This document shows positions 7,891 to 16,601 of a DNA stretch of 64,000 nucleotides, in pieces (the first letter of the stretch is position 1; every line of letters begins with the position of its first letter). The position numbers were made by a program, and so were the translations under genes. The notes beneath the pieces are model-generated. The model saw nothing but the letters and a program-made list of their open reading frames with translations. It was not told where the DNA came from and made no database searches. This stretch comes from a virus: positions 12,671 to 76,670 of IMG/VR virus record IMGVR_UViG_3300021962_000074; one strand, 5' to 3'.

Positions 7891-8492
7891 CAGGTATTGA
7901 GTTTTGCGCAACTTACCTTGCCGTGAAACTACATTTTAGCAACGAGAAGTATAACTTCTTTGCAGGTAGTGGTAAGATAAAGATCGGCGAGGAAGCATTC
8001 AATCGCCGCAAAGATAAATTCAAGTTTCATCGTCTGGCTCGAAACATTCCTGATGATGAAGTGGTTCCGTTCCTTGTGGCTAACTTCTTACAGAATGGTG
8101 ACTGTTGGACGCAGAATCTACTTGAGGAAGAAGCAAGATCAGTGTATAACAAACATCGCAAGATTACACAAGCGATGACTGAACACTATAAGAATGATCT
8201 TGCTAAGTTACCAAAAGGCAAAGAGGCAATCAATGAATTGTTTGAGGTCAAGGATGGAAAGCATCCAAAACTCTTGACAATGTATATGCAAGGCGATATA
8301 CTATTAGAGACGATGGTGATATTGAATAACATATTCAACTACGTCGCTCATTGGGATAAACAAATCAAGGAAGATATAATTTATCCAAAGATTTCAAGAA
8401 AGATTCGTAAGTACGGATCGTTCCTGGAAGTGAATGTCACAAGGTATAAAGAGGTAACAAAAACTTGCCTTTTACAGTGTGATGATATATAA
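7887..8492 (+). CDS. gp59: helicase loader
   Basis: YLAVKLHF...Y.FF...RKDKF.F...VANF...HPKLL...LETMVIL. Confidence 0.88.
   Translation: MTGIEFCATYLAVKLHFSNEKYNFFAGSGKIKIGEEAFNRRKDKFKFHRLARNIPDDEVVPFLVANFLQNGDCWTQNLLEEEARSVYNKHRKITQAMTEHYKNDLAKLPKGKEAINELFEVKDGKHPKLLTMYMQGDILLETMVILNNIFNYVAHWDKQIKEDIIYPKISRKIRKYGSFLEVNVTRYKEVTKTCLLQCDDI
8274..8302 (+). promoter_or_regulatory. sigma70-like promoter internal to gene 59, facing gene 32
   Basis: TTGACA-N17-TATACT. Confidence 0.6.
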
Positions 8493-8493
8493 T
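8465..8493 (+). promoter_or_regulatory. sigma70-like promoter of gene 32
   Basis: TTGCCT-N17-TATAAT; same TTGCCTTT -35 as the promoter at 4-32. Confidence 0.75.
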
Positions 8494-8552
8494 AGTTGTA
8501 TAATGATGAATAATGTGGACAAATTTAATACAATACATACGAGGTAATACAA

Positions 8553-9452
8553 ATGTCTAGTCTATCCGCACTAAAGAAAAACAATTCTCTTGAAAAACTA
8601 ACCCGAGCAATGGAATCAACCGCTGCTGGTGGTGGTAATTTGAAGAGAGAAGATGATCGTTTTTGGGTCCCAGAGGTTGATAAAAGTGGCAATGGTTACG
8701 CTGTTATTCGTTTTCTTGATACTCCTTCCGTTGATGGTGATGATGGTCTCCCTTGGGTTCAGATCTGGTCTCATGGATTCCAAGGACCAGGAGGTTGGTA
8801 TATTGAGAATTCTCTCACAACCATCGGTCAAAAAGATCCTGTCTCCGAATATAACACCCAGCTCTGGAACTCTGGCATCGAAGCCAACAAGGAAATCGCA
8901 CGTAAGCAGAAGCGCAAGCTGACCTATTACGCAAATATCTACGTTGTCTCTGATCCGAAGCGCCCTGAGAACGAGGGTAAGGTTTTCTTGTACAAGTTTG
9001 GCAAGAAGGTCTTTGAGAAGATCAATGCAAAGATCAATCCAGAGTTTGAGGATGAAAAGCCAATGAATCCTTTTGACTTCTGGAAGGGTGCGAACTTCAA
9101 GTTGAAGATTCGCAATTACGAGGGCTATCGTAACTATGACAAGTCAGAGTTTGACACACAGTCTGCTCTACTTGATGGTGATGATAAGCAGATTGAGAAG
9201 GTCTGGAAGGCTGCGCATTCTTTGAAGGAATTCGTAAAGTCTGAGAACTTCAAGTCCTATGACGAACTCAAGGAAAAGCTGAATCGTGTTCTAGGTGCTG
9301 GTGGTGCGACTCGCGCTGCTGCTCCGAAGATCGAGGAGGAAGAGGCACCTTGGGAAGAGCCAAAGGCTGCGAAGCCACGTAAGACTGCAGAGGCTGTCAC
9401 TGTAGACGAGGATGATGATCTAAGTTACTTTGACAAGTTGGCTGCTGAGTAA
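8553..9452 (+). CDS. gp32: single-stranded DNA-binding protein
   Basis: DDRFW...DKSGNGYAVIRFL...HGFQGPGGWYIENSLTT...FDFWKGANFKLKIR; acidic tail. Confidence 0.97.
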   Translation: MSSLSALKKNNSLEKLTRAMESTAAGGGNLKREDDRFWVPEVDKSGNGYAVIRFLDTPSVDGDDGLPWVQIWSHGFQGPGGWYIENSLTTIGQKDPVSEYNTQLWNSGIEANKEIARKQKRKLTYYANIYVVSDPKRPENEGKVFLYKFGKKVFEKINAKINPEFEDEKPMNPFDFWKGANFKLKIRNYEGYRNYDKSEFDTQSALLDGDDKQIEKVWKAAHSLKEFVKSENFKSYDELKEKLNRVLGAGGATRAAAPKIEEEEAPWEEPKAAKPRKTAEAVTVDEDDDLSYFDKLAAE

Positions 9453-9471
9453 GTCGTCTAATTCAAGACGC

Positions 9472-9500
9472 AAGAGGGGAGCTTCGGCTCCCCTTTTTTT
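9472..9500. terminator. intrinsic terminator between convergent genes
   Basis: AGGGGAGC-TTCG-GCTCCCCT (C-UUCG-G tetraloop) + T7. Confidence 0.9.
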
Positions 9501-12129
9501 ATGCGTATCCAACAGGTGGTTGGGAATCAATTCTATTTGTGAACCCAGTTACTGGCTCTGGATCTCTCACACCACCCATAATAGATGCGTCTCTGCTACC
9601 ATCTGTTGTTGAACGATTAACAACCGTAGTATTGTTGATTGGTTGCAACGCAAATAATTCTCTACCTGTGCCGCCAGTTTGGTATTGTGGTGGCGAGGTA
9701 TCAGTTGCAGGTAAGTTTGTTGATGGTTTTGAAGCCATCATTTGTCCACCTGATTCCTTTAATGCAGATCGATAATTCTGCTCAAATCGTTTTTGAGCAT
9801 CCTTTGTTGATTCCTGTTCTTCTACTCCACCAGGAAGTGAGGTCCAAGTTCCTTTGAGAGCTGGTCCTATTTGATCCAATTTACCAGCCTTCAAATCATC
9901 ATAAAGAGATTTCCCACCTGTATTGTATCTTTCTTGAGCCAGTAACCATGCAGCCTTATCTTGATTTGCTGGAGAAAAATCATCCAGTCCAGCTTCAGGA
10001 TAGACTTTTTTTAGTCTATCCCACTCTGTTTCTGTTATTTGGTATTTTCCTGCTGCAGTCGAGGGTCCGCGAGGGGTGCGCATACCCCTTATTCTAGGAT
10101 GATCAGAGTAATCATCAAATGTTGCAGGAGGTTTACCATCTATTAAACCACGTGTTTTGTTGACTTCAAGATCAGCTTTAGTTAATCCTTGCCCAGAACC
10201 CTCTCCAACAATTACATCATATCTGCCTCTACTTTCTGGTTGCGCTATGGCATCTAATAATGCTGCTCCCTCTGGTGGAATATCCAACAACATATCAGAT
10301 TTTCCTGGGTATTTTTCAAAATCTCCTTCTTGTCTTCTACCTCTCCTACCTCCTCTACCACTGGGTCCACCACCATAATTAGAATCAGGTGATCTAGTTC
10401 CTTCTGTTTGCCCACCCATACCAAATGGAGGCAGATCTGCTCCAGTTAGAGGCGATGGAGGTGGTGTTCCTGGTGGTGGAGGTGGTGTTTGACTTCTTAG
10501 TTTCAATCCATATTTTCTTACAAGATTAATGAATCCTGGAGTTTCATAGGTAAGTTCACCAGCATCATATTGATTCTGATATTTTTCCTTCTCATTTGCA
10601 TGTTGCCACTGCTCATCTATTGTCATCTTAGCGAGCATTTCTTTTCTTTCAGCTTCATAATCTGGCTGCGGAGGTGGTGGTGTTTGAGGAGGAGGAGGAG
10701 GAGGAACTCCAGCGTTGTATTTTTTTCTGATTGCTGCTTTGGCTTGTTCATTTGATGCCAGTTTTTCTGCAACATAACGATCAACAGCTTTCTTTTTGTC
10801 TTTATCCCATTGTTGTTTCCCAACCCCGAGCCCACCGCCCAGATACACATCTGGGGGCGCTAGGGGAATTGGCTCGCCATTATCTTTGGTGCCAACTATC
10901 AATATACCTTGTTTATTTCCACTCTCAGCTATTTGTTCAGCTTCTTTTCTTAGATCATCTTCACTCTTATCCAACCCTGCTGCTGTCATATCAGCAGCCA
11001 TTTTTTGAGTATCTGATAGCTGACTGCTATCTAATATTTGACCAGTCTTCAAATCTTTATATTTTCCACCGCCAACTGCTTCTAGACCGACATCTTTGAG
11101 ACCACCAACTCCTGTTCTTGCTGCTTGTTCTGTAAGAATCTGTTCTGATGTTTTTTGATCAACGTTTGGATCAAATTTTTTCCCAGTAAGATTATCTAAT
11201 ATATCGCCAATCCCCTGAGATAAATTAAATTTGTCGTTTAAATAGTCTCCAATTGCATAACCAATAATTCCAGCAAGACCAACACCCATTCCAGCAACAC
11301 CAAATCTAAATAATTTTGTTATCCAACCAGCTAATTTGGCTCCCAACGCACCTCCAATAATATCGTCTATCCATGAATCTCCACCAGAACCTTTCTCAGT
11401 TTTCCCAGAAAGTTTATTGATCATGTCAATAACTTCATCGAATCTTGCATTCATTTCTTTACGAAGTCTTGCAATCGGATCAGTATCTTCTCCTGGATCA
11501 ACGAATGAAGTTGGATCGCTGAGATCAACACCAGCTGCTAATGCAACCTTTTCTTGATTGCTTTCAATCTTTTGGAATTTACCTTCAAATTGTTTCAAGA
11601 CTCCAGCAGTGACCTTTCCGATTGCAGATTGTTCTAAATCTTTACCCATAGCAGAGGTAAATTTACCACCTTCCTCAGCTCTACGGAACTGTTGTCCAGC
11701 TGGACCAAGTGGATCATACATAACACGCTTTAATTCGCCAGTCTCACTGCTCTTTGCATTAAAAAACTTTGGTGATAATCTTTCCTTGATGAAGTCCACA
11801 TCACCTTGTATTGACTGTAATAATTTGAGTATTGTTACTTGAAGTCTGTCACCTGCTGCTGGACCTTCTTTCTTGGGTCCTTCCTTCTTTTCTTCATTTT
11901 TTTGTTGTGCTGCTTTTTGTGCGGCTTCTTGTTTTTCCTTTTCCATTTCTTTATTTCGAACATACTGATCAATCTTATCACCTAACCATGTGTATGCTGG
12001 AGCATTGAAAATATTCCCAGCAATACGCAACAATCCACCAGTTTTGGTTGGCTTGAACTCTTTCTTCTTTCTTTCTCGAAGAGCCTTTTCTATTGCTTTT
12101 TGTAGATCTTTCTCAGCTGTTAATGCCAT
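9499..12129 (-). CDS. tape-measure/baseplate hub-like protein (gp29 position) with lambda-R-like lysozyme domain
   Basis: 876 aa, helical N-terminus, hydrophobic Gly-rich segment, Pro-rich linkers, ALLDAIAQPES...DHPR...STAAGKYQI...FSPANQDKAA...WTSLPG domain; follows gp26/gp51. Confidence 0.7.
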   Translation of the reverse strand: MALTAEKDLQKAIEKALRERKKKEFKPTKTGGLLRIAGNIFNAPAYTWLGDKIDQYVRNKEMEKEKQEAAQKAAQQKNEEKKEGPKKEGPAAGDRLQVTILKLLQSIQGDVDFIKERLSPKFFNAKSSETGELKRVMYDPLGPAGQQFRRAEEGGKFTSAMGKDLEQSAIGKVTAGVLKQFEGKFQKIESNQEKVALAAGVDLSDPTSFVDPGEDTDPIARLRKEMNARFDEVIDMINKLSGKTEKGSGGDSWIDDIIGGALGAKLAGWITKLFRFGVAGMGVGLAGIIGYAIGDYLNDKFNLSQGIGDILDNLTGKKFDPNVDQKTSEQILTEQAARTGVGGLKDVGLEAVGGGKYKDLKTGQILDSSQLSDTQKMAADMTAAGLDKSEDDLRKEAEQIAESGNKQGILIVGTKDNGEPIPLAPPDVYLGGGLGVGKQQWDKDKKKAVDRYVAEKLASNEQAKAAIRKKYNAGVPPPPPPQTPPPPQPDYEAERKEMLAKMTIDEQWQHANEKEKYQNQYDAGELTYETPGFINLVRKYGLKLRSQTPPPPPGTPPPSPLTGADLPPFGMGGQTEGTRSPDSNYGGGPSGRGGRRGRRQEGDFEKYPGKSDMLLDIPPEGAALLDAIAQPESRGRYDVIVGEGSGQGLTKADLEVNKTRGLIDGKPPATFDDYSDHPRIRGMRTPRGPSTAAGKYQITETEWDRLKKVYPEAGLDDFSPANQDKAAWLLAQERYNTGGKSLYDDLKAGKLDQIGPALKGTWTSLPGGVEEQESTKDAQKRFEQNYRSALKESGGQMMASKPSTNLPATDTSPPQYQTGGTGRELFALQPINNTTVVNRSTTDGSRDASIMGGVRDPEPVTGFTNRIDSQPPVGYA

Positions 12130-12273
12130 TTACTTTCTTCTTTTGGTTTGTTGCTCTAATCGAATACGCTCATTTTCAGCCTTGATGTGATTAATCAACA
12201 TCGTGACATAAACTTGCCTCTCCCACGAAATCATATTTTCCAATTCAGTGAGGGAATACTTATGATGTTGCAT
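12130..12273 (-). CDS. gp51: baseplate hub assembly catalyst (not in ORF track; frame open upstream to about 12345)
   Basis: MQHHKYSLTELENMISWERQVYVTMLINHIKAENER signature. Confidence 0.85.
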   Translation of the reverse strand: MQHHKYSLTELENMISWERQVYVTMLINHIKAENERIRLEQQTKRRK

Positions 12274-12323
12274 TAATGAAAAATTCGTATCTAAAAAGTT
12301 CGCTAAATTATCATGACCAAGAA

Positions 12324-13049
12324 TTAGGTAAAAAAACTGTAGAGATTATCAGCCTCCACCTCATGTTCGAATCCACATTTTTTACAAACAATTGTATCCT
12401 TCAACACTACCTTTGGCGTAGTTGCGAAAAATACTTGAATTTTGTCAAGCTGCTCAGCTGTAAGATTTTCCACAAATTCGATAACAGCAGCTGCACCCAG
12501 ATCCTCAGCCTTATATACCGATTCAGGATCATAAATTGAATCTATGTTTTGGGCTATAAATTGTAATGCAGCGTCATAAGCATCAGCTTCTTTGATAATA
12601 CTTGCACTTGCAATGGTAGGATATTTCAATTTAATACCCACCTCATCGGTAATTTTGACTGTGGAACTATGCCCATCAGCCAACACATATTGAACATTAT
12701 CTAAGTTGAGCATATATGGATTATCAGTGTCGCAAGGATTTCCCTCATCATTCTTATGCTTACAATTATAAATTAACTTTGCATTCTCACCAATTGATCT
12801 AGCGCGAAGATTGATGAATATCATCTCAATGTCGAACAATGGTAGTTTTTCAACGTCAATGTTCTCGTCAAGAATGCAGTTATTAATTACCTGCATCACT
12901 GTGCGTTTGATCTCATCATTGTCTTTGGATTCTCTAGCCATCAGAAGTAATTTTTCCTCTTTGACTAGAAATGGACGAAATCGAACTTTACGATCTAGTG
13001 ATTTCAAATAGATCTCATAAATCGGATGTTGTATCTTTGGTAAAGCCAT
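12324..13049 (-). CDS. gp26: baseplate hub assembly protein
   Basis: MALPKI.HPIY...RPFLVKEEKLLL...FDIE.IF.NLRARSIGE...C..CG...SFF. Confidence 0.9.
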   Translation of the reverse strand: MALPKIQHPIYEIYLKSLDRKVRFRPFLVKEEKLLLMARESKDNDEIKRTVMQVINNCILDENIDVEKLPLFDIEMIFINLRARSIGENAKLIYNCKHKNDEGNPCDTDNPYMLNLDNVQYVLADGHSSTVKITDEVGIKLKYPTIASASIIKEADAYDAALQFIAQNIDSIYDPESVYKAEDLGAAAVIEFVENLTAEQLDKIQVFFATTPKVVLKDTIVCKKCGFEHEVEADNLYSFFT

Positions 13050-13067
13050 AACATTTCACCTCAATTT

Positions 13068-14219
13068 TTAAATGGTCTCAGGACTATATCCTATAGGATT
13101 ATTATTAACATTAGGAACTGGTGGTTCAGTGACAGGGGGAATATCAAAACTTTCTACTGGTATAGTGGCTGGCGGATCAATAGTTATACCAGGATCATTT
13201 TCAACTTGAATAGGCTCAGTTGTTCCTGGGGGGTTTAATCTTTGCGCCTCTCTAAATGCCGCTTGGCTGCGCGATAATTTATTGTATCTTTCTCTGGTTA
13301 GTGCATTTGTTTCTGCAAGTCTAATTTGTAAGGCTGTTTCAACAGGACCGCCATCATAGAATGTTGCAAATTGCCCCGCTCCACCGTTAGGGTAAGAAAC
13401 ATCGATGCCAACACATGCGCAATCTAATAACGCTGGTATCTTATTATTCAGCACGCCACCAAAATAAAATTCAACTTTCCAAATTGCTGGGATTCCCACC
13501 AAACGCGCACCAAAATCTGTATCACCGCTCGGTAAAGAATAATATTGAAAACAGTCAATAATGCTTCTTATACTATCTGATTCTTTTTTAGTTTTAGGTA
13601 CAAACCTAAAATCAAAAACATATTGTCTTGGAGTTGTTGAATTAAATAATAGTTCATATCTAGGATTAACAGCCACATTTTGACCAGATAAAGCAAACCT
13701 GACTGCTTCTTTTGAATCAAGTCCAAACAAACCACTCCCAGTAGCAAGTGCTCTAGTTAAAGCGGCTTTGGCGTCTTTAGGCGTGCCTTTCACATCAAAT
13801 ATGTCTCCGCTAAAGCCTAAATCCCTAGCCATATTATTCAGTCCACCTTTGAGAGCATCTCCAATCCCTTCTCCCGCACCAGCAGCAACATCATAGTTTC
13901 CTAACAGTTCAGCAAAACTTCCATTTGACCAGTCATGTTGTTGCGTGAACGCAAGTCCATCTGGAATGTACAAGTATATTTCATCTCCAACTGGCGATCC
14001 AGTTGAACCTTGGTACATAGTATAACTACTATATTCATATGGAGTGAATTTCATCATATGAGGATATCGGTCACCACCAACATTTTCTGGAAATTTAAGT
14101 ACGTTTGCACCACTTCCAAATTTAGCACTAAACAACTCTCTAGTTTGCGATGGTCCAGCAGCTTTATTGGTCAAATAATCTGCTGCTTTATTTAATAATG
14201 TTTGCGTTAAACCAGCCAT
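13068..14219 (-). CDS. gp48: baseplate tail-tube cap
   Basis: IYLYIP...AVNPRYELLFNS..PRQ..F.F.F.PK...ES..I..II..F; F.DGGPV...L...E. Confidence 0.75.
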   Translation of the reverse strand: MAGLTQTLLNKAADYLTNKAAGPSQTRELFSAKFGSGANVLKFPENVGGDRYPHMMKFTPYEYSSYTMYQGSTGSPVGDEIYLYIPDGLAFTQQHDWSNGSFAELLGNYDVAAGAGEGIGDALKGGLNNMARDLGFSGDIFDVKGTPKDAKAALTRALATGSGLFGLDSKEAVRFALSGQNVAVNPRYELLFNSTTPRQYVFDFRFVPKTKKESDSIRSIIDCFQYYSLPSGDTDFGARLVGIPAIWKVEFYFGGVLNNKIPALLDCACVGIDVSYPNGGAGQFATFYDGGPVETALQIRLAETNALTRERYNKLSRSQAAFREAQRLNPPGTTEPIQVENDPGITIDPPATIPVESFDIPPVTEPPVPNVNNNPIGYSPETI

Positions 14220-14238
14220 TATGATTCCTAAAAGGTGA

Positions 14239-14251
14239 CTAAATATTTATA
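14239..14251. promoter_or_regulatory. overlapping divergent late promoters
   Basis: CTAAATA on + (14239-14245) and TATAAATA on - (14244-14251) in the short gap between divergent late operons. Confidence 0.65.
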
Positions 14252-14676
14252 TGGCATATTCAGGACGATTTTCACCAAAGAATCCCAAGAAGTATCTTGG
14301 AGATCCTACCAATGTATGGTATCGCAGCCTATGGGAGCGACGAGTCATGGTACATTTGGATTCCAATGGTGATGTCCTGCAGTGGTCAAGTGAAGAAATT
14401 GTTATACCTTATTTATCTCCAATTGACCAGCGTTACCATCGTTATTTTCCTGATTTCTATGTACGAACTAAGAGCGGATCAATGGTATTGGAAGTGAAAC
14501 CTCTGAGTCAGTCAGTGGCTCCAAAGGCTCGAAAGAGAGTGACTCATCAGTACATCAACGAAGTCATGACTTATGGTGTAAATCAGGCTAAATGGAAGGC
14601 TGCTGAGGAATATTGTAAAGATCGAAACTGGAAGTTCAAGGTGGTTACTGAGAAAGAACTATTCGGGAAGAAATAA
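14251..14676 (+). CDS. gp4: head completion nuclease
   Basis: MAYSGRF.PKNPKKYLGDPT...YRSLWER...WSSEE...HRYFPDF...NQAKWKAA. Confidence 0.93.
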   Translation: MAYSGRFSPKNPKKYLGDPTNVWYRSLWERRVMVHLDSNGDVLQWSSEEIVIPYLSPIDQRYHRYFPDFYVRTKSGSMVLEVKPLSQSVAPKARKRVTHQYINEVMTYGVNQAKWKAAEEYCKDRNWKFKVVTEKELFGKK

Positions 14677-15224
14677 TGCCATCACTATACGATAAGTTCA
14701 AGAAAGAAATGACCTCCGCTGGCATCAAGCCAAGGACTGGTCAAGCCAGAACTTGGCTACAGAGCAAGATTGCTCAGCTGCGTATTCCATCCAGCCGCGC
14801 AAACCTACTCAATGATCCTAGTCGCGGAGGTGGTCTGGCTGTAATCGGCAAGATGTACTTCTTCAGTTATGATCCAAAGTACAAAGAGACCCTTCCAGTC
14901 TATGATCGATTCCCTCTGGTTCTTCCGATGGAACTCTATGGAGATGGATTCCTTGGTATGAATCTGCATTATCTTGATCCATATAGTCGTTTGGCTCTAC
15001 TGGATCAATTACAAGACTTCATAAACAACGATAAATACAATGATACAACTAGATTCAAGTTATCATATAAGACGCTGGCTGCATCTAGAAGATATAGTTT
15101 ATTTGAACGATGCGTAAAGAGATACTTATTCAGTCACATTATGTCTCCGATGATTTATATAGAGCCAGATAGTTGGGAAACCGCTATCTTCTTACCAACT
15201 GAAAAAATGGTGTATAACAACTAA
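14676..15224 (+). CDS. gp2: DNA end protector protein
   Basis: GKMYFFSYDPKYKETLPVYDRFPLV...GMNLHYL...KRYL. Confidence 0.92.
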   Translation: MPSLYDKFKKEMTSAGIKPRTGQARTWLQSKIAQLRIPSSRANLLNDPSRGGGLAVIGKMYFFSYDPKYKETLPVYDRFPLVLPMELYGDGFLGMNLHYLDPYSRLALLDQLQDFINNDKYNDTTRFKLSYKTLAASRRYSLFERCVKRYLFSHIMSPMIYIEPDSWETAIFLPTEKMVYNN

Positions 15225-15916
15225 TGGCATTTGTACCTCAAGCATTTTTAGCAAATTATGCAGTTCATGGAGATTTTTCTAAAGTCTCAAAATTTGCTGC
15301 ATATATCTTCCCACCAAAAAATTTAGAAAGCGGTGGATTATTTGGTGGATTATTACCTTTACCATCCTTTTTAAATGCTGCCAGTCTTTCGTTTCAATGC
15401 GAGGCTGCTGAATTACCAGGATATAACATCAACACCATAGAAGGTAAAGTTTATGGTGCAGCATATCACGTAGCGGCGACACCAGTGTTTAATGAATTAA
15501 ACCTCACCTTTATCTGCGCTGGAGATTTATGGGAAAAGAAATTTTTTGATGATTGGATGGATTTAGTTTTACCAAAAAAGACAAGTGGTAGAACTGGGTA
15601 TCTGGCATCGTTTTTTAAAGATTATTCATCTTCAATAAGAGTTGTACAATTCACAGAAGTCGGCATACCAGCATATACAGTTCAATTTGAACAAGCCTAC
15701 CCATACACAATGCAACCAATGCAAACAAATTGGGCTGATGATGGTATTCATAGACTGTCAGTTGGATTTAGATACACTGAGTGGGAACGCAAGAGTTTGG
15801 TCGGAGAACTGCTTGGTAAAATTTCTGATATGATTCCAGCTCCACGCACAGGCACTGTTGATGTTGGACCATTAACCCAAACTCCTGAGCAACGCGCAAC
15901 CCAAATCCGCGGTTAG
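15224..15916 (+). CDS. gp54: baseplate tail-tube initiator (gp54/gp19-like)
   Basis: FQCEAAELPG...LTF...EKKFFDDWM...AYP.......W......LSVGFRY..W. Confidence 0.7.
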   Translation: MAFVPQAFLANYAVHGDFSKVSKFAAYIFPPKNLESGGLFGGLLPLPSFLNAASLSFQCEAAELPGYNINTIEGKVYGAAYHVAATPVFNELNLTFICAGDLWEKKFFDDWMDLVLPKKTSGRTGYLASFFKDYSSSIRVVQFTEVGIPAYTVQFEQAYPYTMQPMQTNWADDGIHRLSVGFRYTEWERKSLVGELLGKISDMIPAPRTGTVDVGPLTQTPEQRATQIRG

Positions 15917-15926
15917 GTATAATGTA

Positions 15927-16595
15927 ATGCAAAAATATTTCGAACCATTTAAAAAAATTCCATATACTTTTGATTCCAGAGGATTGAATAAAGTTGCTGT
16001 AGTCAACATATTTCAACGCTCCGCATTTTTAAAATCTTTATATGAGAACATCGATGTTTTCTACGACTATTCTTTAAAAGATAGCGACAATTTCGAAATA
16101 GTAGCAACAAATTATTATGGAGATGCCCAATATCATTGGATAATAATGTTATTCAATAACATAGTAGATCCATATTATTCTTTACCTCTATCAAGAGAAA
16201 GATTAGACCAGTACATAATCAAAAAGTATGGATTGGTAAATGCGAGTGCACTCCATCATTACGAATTGAGAACTGTTATAGAAGAAAGCGTTAACAATAC
16301 ATTAATTAATAAGTCAGTGTATGTTCGCGAAGTGTCTAATCAAGAAGTTAATCATGATACTGGTAGTATATCAAACAGAACATCGTTACCATCAGTTGGA
16401 CAAACGATTGAATTGGAAAACAAGGTTGTGGTTATAGATTCTGCAACATTGCGCGTCATTGATTCAATTACAGGTATTTCAAATTATCGCTATGAGTACA
16501 TAGAAAATGAGAAGAAAAGGAATATTAAGTTGATTAGAAAAGAACTTATTCCAGGTATAGAAACTGAGTTCAGAAGATTAATGACAGCTGGATAA
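15927..16595 (+). CDS. gp53: baseplate wedge subunit
   Basis: KYFEPF..IPY...YYGDAQYHWIIMLFNNIVDPY...HHYE...ENEKKRNIKLI. Confidence 0.9.
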   Translation: MQKYFEPFKKIPYTFDSRGLNKVAVVNIFQRSAFLKSLYENIDVFYDYSLKDSDNFEIVATNYYGDAQYHWIIMLFNNIVDPYYSLPLSRERLDQYIIKKYGLVNASALHHYELRTVIEESVNNTLINKSVYVREVSNQEVNHDTGSISNRTSLPSVGQTIELENKVVVIDSATLRVIDSITGISNYRYEYIENEKKRNIKLIRKELIPGIETEFRRLMTAG

Positions 16596-16601
16596 TACAT
16601 T

